DNA of 64,000 nucleotides from an uncultured Nitrososphaerales archaeon (GCA_963709405.1 CAVPXM010000020.1:32001-96000); one strand, 5' to 3'; positions 11,998 through 24,617 are shown, numbered from the stretch's first letter. Notes: a model not told the origin generated them from the sequence alone. Program-made: numbers and translations.

Positions 11998-12574
11998 GAC
12001 TAGACAACGGAGTCGCGGGTTCATGAGCAATTAAAGAAATATTATCATGAAATATCATGATATATATGAGAAAATAGTCTATTATTCTAAACAGTCATCT
12101 GATGAATTTCTATTCATGTATTTATTTAAATCATAGCGACACAAGTTCAACCTTTTCCATAACTATGAAGTCTTTCTATCAACGATTAATATCGTAGCAG
12201 TAGTTACATTATACCTAGGTGGTGATTTTAAATATCGTATTTGCAGGGGTTGAAAATCACTTTCATTTTGAGAAGAAAAAGAAGAAAAAACTGATGACTT
12301 CTTTCCTATTAATTCCAGTCAAGCCAACATGGTGGGCATTGATTAACGAGCTTTTCCAGCACATAGAAATTGCATGTCTATGAGATAAATCTGCACACCT
12401 ACAATTTATATCGACTATACAATAAATACAAATACACCAACTAGACATTGTATTTAACTAATAAGGTTATTTTCTTCTTTTTGCAATGCATTGCAACCCG
12501 AATACTTAATATCTTTTGATTCCATCAAACATAAAATGCCTTTATATGGAGGATAAAAGGACTCTTGTAACTAA

Positions 12575-14224
12575 ATGTTTTCTAAAATTGTTGATGTATC
12601 TACGTCTATTTCGGATATAAAAGATGATAGCATCATTGCCATCTCCGGTTTTAATATGGCTACAACACCAGAATATCTAATTCTTGAATTATATAAGCAG
12701 TACAAACAACAAGGACATCCAAAGAATATCTTCATAGTATCAGATGCTCTACCTGCAGTGCCTGGAAGGGCATTAGACCAGATAGGTGAAAGCTTGTACA
12801 AGGAACCGAACCAAGAATTTCTCAAAGGAGCTTTGATGCCTTTCTTGGGATTTTCTCCTTGGCTTCAAAAACTTGTAACAGATAACAGAATAGAGTGTTA
12901 TGGGTGGCCCATAGGCGTTACTGCATATTGGTTTAGAGAGATAAGTTCTGGAAGACCTGGTCTTTTAACAAAAATAGGTGTAGATACTTTTCTTGACCCA
13001 AGACAAGATAGCGCTGCATTAAATGAACTTGCAAAGAGAAAAGCTTCGTGCCACGTCCGTGTTATCGATATTGATGGCGAAGATTATCTTCTGTACCAAG
13101 CTCCTAAACCAAATTATGCTATGATTAGAGCCTCTGTATCTGATGAGATCGGTAATCTATCACTGCAAGATGAGGGCATCAGAGGTACTGTTCTTAGCAT
13201 TGCACAAGCGGCTAAAGCAGGACCAAACCAAGGCAAGGTAATAGCACAAGTAAGATGGATGACAAAGTCTGGTACAATAAATCCAAGGGATGTAGACGTA
13301 CCAGGCCCACTAGTAAATCGTATTGTCGTTTCTCCAAAAGAGTACCACTGGCAGTGTGGCAGTATCGAATACGATCCAAGATTATCTTATAAAATAATCC
13401 CACCGGCTACAGAGAACCTGCTTGTAGGCGGCATACCCAAAATATCGGTTGAAGGGCATAAAAAGGTAATAGCCAGGCGAATTCTATTGGAGTTGATTAG
13501 ATTATTTGAAACTAAGCAGTCTCCTGTTTTAGTTAATTTAGGAATAGGTATTCCCACTTTGATTTCGTTAGTTGCAGCTGAGGAGGATGTAACTGATTTC
13601 ATAATAACGGTACTTGAATCTGGGCCTTGGGGAGGACTTGCTCTTACAGGAAATGACTTTGGATTGGCAGTAAGTCCCTTTGCACTCTCTACTATACCTG
13701 ATGTGTTTTCCAATTTTGAGGGAGGAATAATTGACGCTGCATCACTTGGGTTTCTTCAAGTTGATCAAAAAGGAAATGTCAATCCTTCTATGTTACCTAA
13801 TAGGATCTTCGGGCCAGGGGGCTTTCCAGTTATAGCCGGTGGAGTACCAAGAGTATATTTTGCAGGCTCATTTATTGCAGGAAAAAGCGAAATTAGTGTA
13901 TCAGACAATAAAATTAAAATTTTACGTGAGGGCACAATAGCAAAATTCACTGAAAGCGTTTTCAAGGTAGTATTTAGTGGACATCAAGCAATAAAATATG
14001 GACAAGAGATCATGTATATTACTGAAAGAGCAGTTTTTAGATTAAATGAGGGGGGTCTAGTTTTAGAAGAAATTGCTCCTGGCATTGACATACATGAGGA
14101 CATTATATCCAAGATGAGCTTTACACCTATACTAGGAAATTCGATAAAGGAAATGGATACAAAAATATTCAATGAAGGAAAGATGGAGATTAGAGATGAG
14201 GTTATGCATTTGATCAAGAAGTAG
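12575..14224 (+). CDS. Family I acyl-CoA:acetate/3-ketoacid CoA-transferase (YdiF/Pct type, fused alpha-beta)
   Basis: 549 aa; ISGF, TFLDPR, NLGIGIP, catalytic ESG, GPGGF, YITERAVF. Confidence 0.9.
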   Translation: MFSKIVDVSTSISDIKDDSIIAISGFNMATTPEYLILELYKQYKQQGHPKNIFIVSDALPAVPGRALDQIGESLYKEPNQEFLKGALMPFLGFSPWLQKLVTDNRIECYGWPIGVTAYWFREISSGRPGLLTKIGVDTFLDPRQDSAALNELAKRKASCHVRVIDIDGEDYLLYQAPKPNYAMIRASVSDEIGNLSLQDEGIRGTVLSIAQAAKAGPNQGKVIAQVRWMTKSGTINPRDVDVPGPLVNRIVVSPKEYHWQCGSIEYDPRLSYKIIPPATENLLVGGIPKISVEGHKKVIARRILLELIRLFETKQSPVLVNLGIGIPTLISLVAAEEDVTDFIITVLESGPWGGLALTGNDFGLAVSPFALSTIPDVFSNFEGGIIDAASLGFLQVDQKGNVNPSMLPNRIFGPGGFPVIAGGVPRVYFAGSFIAGKSEISVSDNKIKILREGTIAKFTESVFKVVFSGHQAIKYGQEIMYITERAVFRLNEGGLVLEEIAPGIDIHEDIISKMSFTPILGNSIKEMDTKIFNEGKMEIRDEVMHLIKK

Positions 14225-14462
14225 AAAGAACTGATTCTCTAGCAGGCCTTACTAGCAGGATCCTTTTCCGTTAGGTCAGCATCTTTTTAATTTCTGTAAG
14301 CTTTGCTTAAAATCTGCAGCCATCAACAGACTAGGTATACAATGTCCTCAAGCTAAATTTGTATTGACCAAGACTATTAGGTAATATCATATGCCAGGTC
14401 ATTTCTGTTTACTAGTGTCTGTTTTATTTTTGAAGATTGCCTTTTTAATTGGACTCTTTTAG

Positions 14463-14930
14463 TTATTCTTCTTGCATCGATTGCAATATCTTTGCATTTA
14501 TATCATCAATATCCAAGTTCGCTTTTAGATATCTTGCAAAATCAGAATGAGTAATTATGCCCAAAGGTTTGTATACATCATTATCTTGTATAACAAGAAG
14601 GTGTCTTACACCATTCTGAATCATTATATCAACAGCTTGTTCAACTGAGGCATTTGCATCAATAGCAAGCAGTGGGAAAGACATTACATCTTTTATTTGC
14701 ATATTGCCGCTACTTGCATCATTAACACATACTTTTCTTACTAAATCTCGTTCAGTTACTATACCAGCAGATTTATTGTAATTGTCAGTTACTACTAATG
14801 AACTTATATTCTTGTCTCTCATTTTCTTTGATGCTTTTTGTGCAGAACTTGATATATCAATTGTTTCAAGCGTGTTATTCACGAGTTGCCCAATTGGCAT
14901 TCTTTCTACAGGCATGAATAATAGGATCAA
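14463..14930 (-). CDS. CBS-domain pair protein
   Basis: GIVTERDLVRKV...VRHLLV...GIITHSD. Confidence 0.9.
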   Translation of the reverse strand: MILLFMPVERMPIGQLVNNTLETIDISSSAQKASKKMRDKNISSLVVTDNYNKSAGIVTERDLVRKVCVNDASSGNMQIKDVMSFPLLAIDANASVEQAVDIMIQNGVRHLLVIQDNDVYKPLGIITHSDFARYLKANLDIDDINAKILQSMQEE

Positions 14931-15522
14931 TAGTAGATATCTATAAAGATTAATACAGTGGAGGCAGAATAATGCAGATCCAGAGACATAAATTAGTTAG
15001 CAAATATTGGTCAATTATACAAGTGTAATTAGTATTCTATACTAATCACTAAATGAAGCATTTTCTGTTCTATCTATCTTATATTTACATTTATTTTATC
15101 ATTGCATTAACCTTAACTTCATGTGTCAAGTAGCATGTTTGAGTAGTTGTTAAATAGTAAAGAGAAACGAGATGACGACAATTGATTCAGAGCAGCTTAC
15201 AACGGACCAGATGTACTACAATTATAAATCATGTTAGACATTATTATCGAGATAGGCATACCTGTCGTTGATGTGGGCGGCCTTCACAATAACTAAGCCA
15301 ATGCTTATCCTGCTAATTTACCATTAACACAAGTTTACAAGAGCAGGAGAATTCCAATACTTCTGTCAGTTACATTCTGCTATGACGCGGACAGTTATTG
15401 TTGCTTAGAAGGAATATCTCTTGTCGTAAAACAACTACTATTGTGATGGTAGGCCAGATAATAACAATATTGATTATTTTCTATTGTTGCATTAAGAACA
15501 ATCAAAGTAGCGTATTCTTTGA

Positions 15523-15870
15523 TTGCTCCTTGAAGAAAAAGTATACTCCACTTTATCTAATGGAGCAACCCTGGTGAAACTTGCTGTAACTTGTGTAGTC
15601 CATTCGATAAAAAGCAACCCAGAACAATACGTTTCGCTAATGTATGGTAAATATTCACCGACGAATTACAACCTGCCATCCCACTCAGTTCATACTGATG
15701 ATTATAGTACTCAGGATTTGAAAATCCTACTAACAAATGATGCGGCGAAACTTTATAGCATACTTGCTAAGGATCTGGGGGATGAAATTCTTAGCAATTA
15801 CAATATCGGTACCTCACAAACCTCAATACAATCAATATCCCCATCAGAGCTAGACCTAACTTCAAAATAA
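15523..15870 (+). pseudogene. HTH + coiled-coil family protein, C-terminal half
   Basis: LEEKVYSTLSNGATLVKLAVTCVVHSIKSNPEQY aligns with VEHKVYSTLSNAASLLKLAISSVIHSIRNNPDQY of 41127-41585. Confidence 0.75.
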
Positions 15871-15899
15871 TACACTGTCTGATAAAGGAAGGCATGAAA

Positions 15900-16220
15900 A
15901 TGCCTATCTGACAAATATACTTCTCCAAACACAGAATTCAGACTACCAGAATATGCATCAAAATCACATAGAGCCAGTATTTTTTTTGAATTAGATGGCT
16001 TGTACTTGTATGAGAGCCATTGTAAAATATCATTTGATTTCCATTGATTTCTTTGCTTATCTAATAGTTGATTAGATCTTTTATCTTTTAGATCTTTTAT
16101 TTGCGAAGCTGTAACGATAGAAGCATTAAAGCCTTCAGATAGAATCTTTACTAATAGAGAGATGATTTCTTTAGCTGGCTGAAATAAAACAGGTTGAAGG
16201 ATGATATTTTGCGTAATCAT
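15900..16220 (-). pseudogene. Archaemetzincin (M54) N-terminal fragment
   Basis: DKQRNQWKSNDIL...KILALCDFDAYSGSLNSVFGE; truncated before the HExxH motif. Confidence 0.7.
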
Positions 16221-16395
16221 CTGATCAAGGATTCTTTATTTCAATAATTCCATAAAATTTGGATATGTATAATCAACCATCCGTGTATAACCCATATAAC
16301 AAATCCTTCTTAATATCCACCAATTACAGATGAACATATATCAAATTTCTCTTAACTTTTCATCTTGTTGCCTGTGTATGTGATTCTATTATTGC

Positions 16396-17058
16396 TTAGC
16401 CCTTTTGTTTCTTAGATTTATGACCATTTTTTAATACAAATATTATAGCTATTACAGCTATGCTAGGTAATAATATAGCCAGAACCTTACTTGCCACAAG
16501 GCCCACATTATTTTCGGTATCTCCAGGTGAAGAAGGAAACGGATTCAAAATGCTTGGAAGTGGCTGATTTGGAATAAAGACGTTAAATGACGCTAAAGTG
16601 GAAGAATTTTTTTCATTTATTCTAACTATGACTTGATGAGTGCCATCATCTGGAAATATGTATTTTATAGAGAAGTCTCCATCTGGAACTCTTATATTTT
16701 CAAATTTAAATAATCTTTCACCATTTGTTACGGCCACTCTTGCAGTAAAATCTTTTAAATGATCACTTGTAGTTAAATTTTGCACACTAAATTTTAATTC
16801 AGTGAAAGTATCAATTATTGGTTTTTCCGGCTGATATGTAAATTGAATCTTAATGCGATCATTATTATTTATCCATTCTTGAGTTCTATTTCCATACAGA
16901 TGTGCATAAGAAAGTTGTGGGGTTATTGTGGATACGTCTATTATGGACGTAGTTGAAAATATTGTAATTGAAGTAGCAATAATAATAATAATAATAATAA
17001 TAACAATAATAATAATACTATATGCTTGCGTGGAAGAAGATAAAGAATCAATTAACAT
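16396..17058 (-). CDS. Exported protein with C-terminal membrane anchor
   Basis: Poly-Ile N-terminal hydrophobic stretch, SYAH cleavage-like site, beta-rich FPDDGTHQV domain, C-terminal TM plus basic tail. Confidence 0.7.
   Translation of the reverse strand: MLIDSLSSSTQAYSIIIIVIIIIIIIIATSITIFSTTSIIDVSTITPQLSYAHLYGNRTQEWINNNDRIKIQFTYQPEKPIIDTFTELKFSVQNLTTSDHLKDFTARVAVTNGERLFKFENIRVPDGDFSIKYIFPDDGTHQVIVRINEKNSSTLASFNVFIPNQPLPSILNPFPSSPGDTENNVGLVASKVLAILLPSIAVIAIIFVLKNGHKSKKQKG
16978..17017. repeat. (AAT)n trinucleotide microsatellite encoding poly-Ile
   Basis: About 13 AAT units with one AAC. Confidence 0.8.
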
Positions 17059-17235
17059 TTACCAATAGCTACAAGTGTGCTCATATAAATAAAATTGTGT
17101 GGTTATCCCACGAAATTGAGTTAACGCAATCAGCAATCAGTAAAAAAGTTGTATTGATAATCCGATACCCGTCTTGTCAAACATAATTTTAACTGCAAGC
17201 CAATATGTTGTTATCAAAGTTGGATGGATTCCACA

Positions 17236-18646
17236 CTAGTTAGCATCTTTGGGGCTAGGCATGAAATTCTCATTGATGTACCTCTTTAGTCTTTGTGCAT
17301 CAGCGCTGCTTATCAATATATCATCGCTAAAAACGTTCTTCTTTCCCTTTGATGCTCTTACACTGATGGCATATTCATGTCCTGTCTTAGGAGTAATTTC
17401 CATTCTCAAGTCTGGGCCTTTGGCCAGCATGCCTTTTACAGCCTGAGCAACGAGTACATCCTTATTATTATCTCCGACGTTTACAACTTTACGTGGTTTA
17501 TCAAATTCTAAATTATATCTGTTGATTCTGTCTTCTATCATAATCTTCAATTTGTCAACCTTATGTTCGTTTTCCATTCTGACAATATAATTCTGCAGAC
17601 CTTCGATTTCAAAAATTGAGGAGAGGTGGAAGCAGTTTGAGGTGAAGATTCTTGTAGCTTTTCTTCCTCTTCTTGTTTGGTTTCTAATCTCTTACTATCC
17701 CATACCATCCCTTCTTTAGCCACAGTCATTCTGAATTTTCCTTCTTTTCCTATGATTTGAAGATGTGAATCTATTACCTTTTGAAGCTCATCTACAGTCA
17801 TAGCTTTTACAGGACCTCTAAACCATTGATTTGTAGCCTCTTCAAAGTCTATAAGGCCTCTGTAATGAACAATATAACATTCTTTTGCATTCCATCTTCT
17901 AACTAATTCAAATGCTTCACTAACAGAGATCATTCCAGTTTGAGGATGAGGATTGTAGCTTTGTGTACCCAAAATGGCAAGATCTGGATTCCATAATAAA
18001 TCTTCATTTACATTCGGCAACGACAGAAAATCCCATCCAATTATTACTTTATCGATTAGTTAGTTTCACTATATATATAACAGATCCAGCTGGCGAGTTG
18101 TCGCCATGGTCAGCTAAAAGAGGGATTACAGAAAAAGGACCTATCTGGAATGTTTGGTCTGGCTGTACTATGCTAAACACTAATTCTTTATTATTTATTT
18201 TAGAAGACAGTTGTGGATACTTACTGAGGATCTGGTCGTGGCATTGTGAGGTACAGTATATATTCAAATTTTTTGACTTTGATGTTTTGTCTGCCAAGAG
18301 AGGTAGCTCTTATAATATGATCGTCATGTGAATGCGTTACTAATAGAGCATCTGGAAGAATCGACGATGAGGCAAATCCAAGATCAAAAATGCCTTTTTC
18401 AATACTTTTGACTATTCCTTGGCCTATATCAACAAGTATATGAAAAATTTGATTAGTTTCACTTGCCGTGGCAAATAAAGAACAAGAAGTGTTTGTACTT
18501 GTTCCATGCTGTTTTACTTCTGCCGCTCTTTCTGACTTTTCTACATTTCCTAAGGTTGCAATATCTGGAAGTACTCCATTAATCCTTAGCAATAGCTGAT
18601 CTTGTGATAGTCTCTTAGCAGCTGCAGACGATTGCGTATTTAACAT
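17236..18646 (-). CDS. Metallo-beta-lactamase-fold hydrolase (PhnP-like), three frameshifts
   Basis: Four consecutive ORFs; DIGQG, THSHDDH, ADHG, YIVHY motifs in order. Confidence 0.75.
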
Positions 18647-19158
18647 ATTGGTATTACGAGAAGGGATTAGTTAAACTTAATGATTAAGTATATCTAATAA
18701 TTTTTGAATTTAAAGCAGATACTTATAATTCTTAGAAAGATATCTTTCGCATTTTATATCATAGCGTCACTAGAAGATTCTTATAAAAAGTTCTGCATGC
18801 AAATCAGAATAATGACATCACTTCTATCTCTGCTCATCATTTTTCCATTCCATTGATATATTCTGAGCGAGCATATTTGTCTCCTCAACTGTTGATAGTG
18901 GTACGCTTTCAATTTCTGGAATTTCCATTCTTCGACCTTTTTCTATCACATCGTAGAGTAAACTTAATTCATACTGAATAATTTCTTTTCTCGTTAGCTG
19001 GATACTTTGCTACTCATTATACAATTTAATTAATTCCTATAACATCTTATCTGGTCCTCTATAAATCTATAAATCTATAAATAAATCTAATAGGCTATAG
19101 GTTAGATCTCTGTAGCAGATATTACTTTAGTTGTACTAATAATTAGTTAATTGATTAA

Positions 19159-19345
19159 TTAATTATGTCCAGGCACAATAAATATTGGTAGAATTGCGGT
19201 TGCAACTACTTACGCAATTATCATAAACGGAAACCCTATTCTAAACCATCTCCCAAAAGTTAGATGATGTCTAAATTTCTCGCCTAAACCTGCGGTTATT
19301 ATACCTGCACTTGATCCAATAAGAGTACAATTATCATCCAAGTCT
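19159..19345 (-). pseudogene. ArsB/NhaD-family anion permease C-terminal fragment
   Basis: DLDDNCTLIGSSAGIITAGLGEKFRHHLTFGRWFRIGFPFMII resembles the conserved LGGNxTLIGSSA...ISF..W.K.G.P motif. Confidence 0.65.
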
Positions 19346-19552
19346 GGAGTTTAATTGAATGATGGAGATTCTCCTCCGCGCACGCCCTCAATTTATCTGA
19401 ACTCAATGAACTAGCCTGCATTATTATTAACTTTGATAAAGACTTTAGATATAATAATAGTTATGCAATGAACCGCTTCGAGAACCCTGCCTAGGGTTTA
19501 TCTATAATAGTTAGATCAACATAATAATTAAACAAGTCTATGAATAAGCGAC

Positions 19553-20143
19553 TTGACAAGCTTATTATATTGTTTAGGAATACCTGATCTTGTCTTATCG
19601 ATGCAAGCAGTTTATATTGTAGATGATGCAAAAATTGCAAGTGTCTTAATTGATCCAATGCGAAGAGCTATCTTGAATTTGCTCAGGCAGAAGCCCATGA
19701 CTCAGGCTCAACTAGCTAACGAGCTGGGCTTGTCCGGTGCCTCACTTAATCATCACATGAAGATATTAAGGTCAAAGAAATTAGTTTCAATAGCCAGAAG
19801 GGAGATCGAAAGGCATAGAATTATGCAGATATTCTTCTCAAGTGTGGCATATCTATTTGTATATGACCTGAATTTATTACCTAAAAATATTTCTCGTTAT
19901 TTCTATCCTGTGAGTCTTGAAAGAGCAATGGTCCTCATTGCTCTATTGATGTTAAAGGAGAGGTCATTTAAAATTGATCAGAACCCAGAAATCACCAACG
20001 CTTTAGCAGAAAGGCTATCTGGGTTAATCGTAAAGACAGCAAGAAGATATGAACACAAGAGTGTTGACTCTTCATATGAAAGAATAGTTTTTGAAATATA
20101 CACTAAGGCAGTAAGCGAACTATTGCTTACAAATATTCATTAA
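19553..20143 (+). CDS. ArsR-family winged-helix transcription regulator
   Basis: DPMRRAILNLL...MTQAQLANELGLSGASLNHHMKIL; start may be ATG 19601. Confidence 0.85.
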   Translation: MTSLLYCLGIPDLVLSMQAVYIVDDAKIASVLIDPMRRAILNLLRQKPMTQAQLANELGLSGASLNHHMKILRSKKLVSIARREIERHRIMQIFFSSVAYLFVYDLNLLPKNISRYFYPVSLERAMVLIALLMLKERSFKIDQNPEITNALAERLSGLIVKTARRYEHKSVDSSYERIVFEIYTKAVSELLLTNIH

Positions 20144-20369
20144 TTGGACTAGTATAAATTCCTAAGTGTACCGACCATATCTATCCCTCCAAGGAGAGGG
20201 GCAGAGGAGGAGTGAATAATTAAGATGAAGGCATATTATTAAATTTCACTTTACTGTGCATGCAATGCAAGAACCGATTGTCATGCCTTGTATAGACGGT
20301 ACATTTTATTATTTTTTCATCGTCACATTCTTTCTGTCTCTCTATCTTTCTTATTGCTCCTATTACCTA

Positions 20370-21165
20370 CACCAATTAAGATAAGTATACTTACATATTA
20401 TTGATGGAATTGTCATATTCTTTGTACAGGAAGAGCTATAGCTTTGTTCATTGATCTGCTTTCCTGAATGAGTCTTGACTCTTAGTAGAGGAGAATTAGA
20501 AACTCGGTACAGAAAGGAATCACGAGCGGGACTAAAGGAGAGGCTGTTGCTTATTCTCAAAGTCGAAGGTGAAGGAATGATTCCAGCCCATGTTGCAAAG
20601 GAGCTGCACAGAAGCAGAACGTGGACTTCTGATTGGCTTGCAAGATATCATAAAGAAGGAGTTGATGGACTTGAGAATAGGCCTAGGAGTGGTAGGCCCT
20701 CCAAGCTACCTAAAGAAGTTGCTCTTAAGGTAAGAAGGAAATTAAAGGAAAGAAAACAAGGCTGGACAACACAGCAGATAAATGAAATGATAGTAAAAGA
20801 AGGAAATGTACACTACCTCAAATCTATATCTACACATTGCTGCATAAGTGGGGATTCAAACAGAAAGTACAAAGGAAAGTACATGTTAATACTGCATCAT
20901 ACGAAGAGAAAAAGCACAGAAGATATTAGACTGTTTACCTAAGGCTTTTACGGCAGTATCATTAGATGAATCATTCTTTTTCTTTGACAGCCTTGTTAGA
21001 AAAGTATGGAGCTATAAAGATTCCAGAGCTGTGGTTACAATAACAGGCTCACACAGAAATTTCTGCATGTTTGGAGCTACTAGTCTTGAAGGAAACCAGT
21101 TATTCAGACAGTTTGAAAAGTTTAATGAGGATACATTTTATGGCTTCCTAAAACAGATGCATGAA
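20370..21165 (+). mobile_element. IS630-family element type B, 3'-truncated
   Basis: TA then CACCAATTAAG end; HTH ORF 20475-20942 (RSGRPSKL); DDE fragment SLDESFF...FGATSLEGNQLFRQFEKFN then loss of similarity. Confidence 0.8.
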
Positions 21166-21481
21166 ATGAAGCGATTGCACACTCTACAAGAGTGTACCCT
21201 AGTATAAAGCGACTGGATATGGATTAATAAATCTGAGAATAATACGATAGTTGAAAAATGGTAGATTCCAGTGCACCTCAAGTTGTATATTGGTCAGTAC
21301 AAGGTCTAGACTTGATTGACAATACACTAAACTGAGTTCGAGGAGAAAGAAAAAAATGACATCAACATCAAAATAGATGACGTCGCTTACATAGTTGTGC
21401 TGTTATAAGGGATAAGCAATTAATGGGTATCTTATGCCAAATACTTTAATATTATAATTTCCATTTATTATTTGTGGTAAC

Positions 21482-21928
21482 ATGGACACGAAAGTCTCAT
21501 TAAATTATAATTTGACACATCATAAACCACAAAACGAATTACTATTTTCTGAAATATCACCTATCTGGTCTGAACGTCTGAATCATGCAAGAGACAATAT
21601 TTCTCCCTTTTCACTAGCACGTATAAGATGGTACTATGAACTTAAGAATTCATCAACATGTGTAGTGGGTGAAGCATATGGATTTTCATCAACATACGTG
21701 TCCAAGTGTAAAAAATGCAATAGATTAGGCTGGAAGTTTATGTTTTATTTCCTAATACAATCAAATTCAAGTATTGAAAGGACGAAAATAAAATTTGTAG
21801 ATCATTGGAATAAAGAACATTATGAAGTCAAAATTAGAAAAAAATTGAATACAAATACAAATTCACGAATTCAAAAGCCATTTTCTGTTTCTCAATCGCA
21901 TGGATTAGCAGTAACTGTAAAAAAATGA
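21482..21928 (+). CDS. Hypothetical protein with CVVGEAYG/CxxC motif
   Basis: 148-aa ORF overlapping the downstream start. Confidence 0.6.
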   Translation: MDTKVSLNYNLTHHKPQNELLFSEISPIWSERLNHARDNISPFSLARIRWYYELKNSSTCVVGEAYGFSSTYVSKCKKCNRLGWKFMFYFLIQSNSSIERTKIKFVDHWNKEHYEVKIRKKLNTNTNSRIQKPFSVSQSHGLAVTVKK

Positions 21929-22970
21929 TAATTTTCTGTAAAGTACCTTTTTTACTGTTATCAATCTTTGCAATTATCACGGTTAATTTTTTATTATATT
22001 CCTCGGTTAACCCTATTTTGCTTTTCCATGATATGCGATATCACAATCTAGCATATGCCGCGGGTGCTAAGCATTATACTATAACAATTCCTAAAGGATC
22101 TGCAAATCCCGAAGTTGATATAACAAAGCTAGGTCCCAGACAATGGTATTTGCCTAGAGAACTGAGTATAAATCTAAACGATACAGTGACTTGGATTAAT
22201 AATGATACAGAAGCTCATACTGTTACAAGCGGTATTGGAGGAGGTATGGAAAGCTTGATAAACACTAAAAAGTTGGGAATCCAAACTGGTATTTTTAATA
22301 GCGGTCTATTTAAACCAGGACAATCCTGGATACACACATTTAGCAGGCCTGGGACATACAATTACTTTTGCACCATACATCCATGGATGGAAGGCATAAT
22401 ACAAGTAAAAGCACAACCACAGAACATACCTAATTATCCAGTTACTGACTCGGGTAAACGAATAGACAAGCTACCTCTGTATACTTTTACTCCTGATGGA
22501 ATGCTAGAGGTGGGTTTAAGTTGGGATCCCCAAGTATTGCTAACAGGTAAGGAAACAACTTCTTTGTGAGTTTCTTTGATCGTGCAAACAATAAGCCTAA
22601 TCTCTTAGCATTTGATTTCGTTTTAATCCAAAATGGGAAACAACTGGAACGAATTCCGACTGGTGCTCAAATGGGGATGAAAGTACAACAGTACGTATTT
22701 GCAAATTCAGGTCCTACAAATATTAGAATTGAAAATATAGGGGGTATAAAAACATCATATGCGGCGTTCAATACGACAGTATATGATAACCCTGCTATTT
22801 CCTCATCTTCAGCTAGCCAACTCGCATCGCAATACGCGAAAGCCCTTCGTGAGTCTGGTTCGTTCCAGATAAGTCCACTAACACTTGTTTATATTGCATA
22901 TATTATTATATTTGGTATTCCAGCGGCTGTGGGTGTGACATATTTTCTCTATAGAAAGGGAATAATTTAA
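21925..22970 (+). CDS. Membrane-anchored cupredoxin (plastocyanin/azurin family), frameshift near 22560
   Basis: Type-1 Cu ligands HTVTSG...YFCTIHPWM; signal peptide; second beta domain and C-terminal TM in next ORF. Confidence 0.85.
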
Positions 22971-23654
22971 TGCGGGATATTGATAAATGAATGGTCTCAA
23001 CTTTATTTAGTCTGTAATTTCAATTGATTGTATACCAAGATAAAATCTTGCTATATCAAGAGCAGTCGCTGTTAGCTTGACTAAACTTAACCAGCATCAG
23101 TTATTAGGAATGCGATACATTGTATTCCGTACTACCTAAGTGTAGATACGATATCAATAATTTTAGCCAATTATGGACATGCTGTTTGTTACAATTGTGT
23201 TTTCGCCATGAAAAATGATCGTCAAAATATTCTGTCCTATCTTTTATTTGTTCTTCAAATCTTTCCATCAAAATCTTCAACTCACTCTCATATACCTGAT
23301 GCCCTAATCGATCTTAACCGCTTACAATGTTATTGCATCAATATGTAGATTGGTTATTTCAATATTCCATTGGGTTTACATCACAGTGTTTTGTAGAGTT
23401 TAGACATCATGGGGTTAATCGTATAGGTTGTCAAATGTGCTCTTCTTTACTCTTAGCCTGTTACTAACTCTAGATAGTAAAGAAACCTAATTTACCGTCG
23501 TTGGCTATATGAATACGGATTACCAATTCCAGGCTACTGATGATGATGACAGTGTAACGCAGTACAAACAAAAAAACAGATCCTAGTATAGGCAGCGCTA
23601 AGTAACTTTGTTTTTGATAAATAACAACAACGAACTGCTTTTGTCATTTTATTA

Positions 23655-24564
23655 TTACCCTCTCATGATAAAAGCGGTGTATGTTACTAGCGATCTCAGT
23701 TCTAGACAATCTTCCAAGGCAAAGTGCCCTGTATCAAGCCTATGCATCTCAGCGTTGGGTAGATCTTTTAGGTAAGATTCTCCACCTTCACGAGTGAAGA
23801 ATATGTCATTCTGTCCCCAGAAAATCAATGACTTTGGCTGATAGCGCTGTAAGAACTCTTGCCATTTTGGGTACAGTTCTACGTTAGTGCGGTAGTCATA
23901 GAACAAATCCATCTGTACCCGACGCGCGTCTGGCCTTTCCATGAATCTGAAGTCCATGTTCCAGTTGTCAGGACTGATGGCTTCAGGATTCTTGTGACCG
24001 TATAGATAGACTTGCCTGATCGTGTCTAGTTGTAGAAATCCGTATAAGGGCTCCTCCGTTTCAGGAGTACCGATCCTTCCAAAGTGCGTTACGTAGTCCA
24101 TCCCATGCGCCTGTAAAGCCAATTTCATAGGCGTTTGTGTTTTGTATTATTAGCCACTCGAGCCATTCAGGATGTCGAGTTATGATTCGGAAGCCTACAG
24201 GCCCACCATAGTCTTGCATGTAAAGCCCAAAGTGTTTAAAGCCTATGGCCTTCAAGAAATCCTCCATTATTTCAGAGAGTCGATCGAATGTGTAGTTGGA
24301 TTCATCCGGATTTGGTAAGTCGGAGTTTCCAAAACCAGGATAGTCAGGTGCGATTACATGGAAATGGTCGGCTAGGGCTAAAATAAGGTTGCGGTACTGG
24401 TGAGAAGAGGCAGGAAAGCCATGGAGCAATACAAGCTTCGGATTTGATTGGTCGCCAGCTTCTCTATAGAAGATAGAGAGCCCATCAACTACTACATTCT
24501 TATACAATGTCATCCTTGAGTTGTGTGATATTAGTTTTTCTTGACTTGAAATTAGTTTGTTCAT
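23655..24564 (-). CDS. Alpha/beta hydrolase (epoxide hydrolase/dehalogenase-like), frameshift near 24065
   Basis: HGFP, GFGNSD, nucleophile QDYG, WGQND, catalytic GHFALE. Confidence 0.85.
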
Positions 24565-24617
24565 ATCAAAGCAAAAAATACTCTTTTTTTATTTAAGAAT
24601 TGAGGTTTACCGACACA

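Noticed and set aside
12571-14217. Several minus-strand ORFs within the CoA-transferase
   Set aside because: Antisense shadows of a well-supported gene; same for shadows over the Moco, ATPase and IS genes
19059-19090. CTATAAAT x3 tandem repeat
   Set aside because: Short AT-rich slippage repeat with no associated feature
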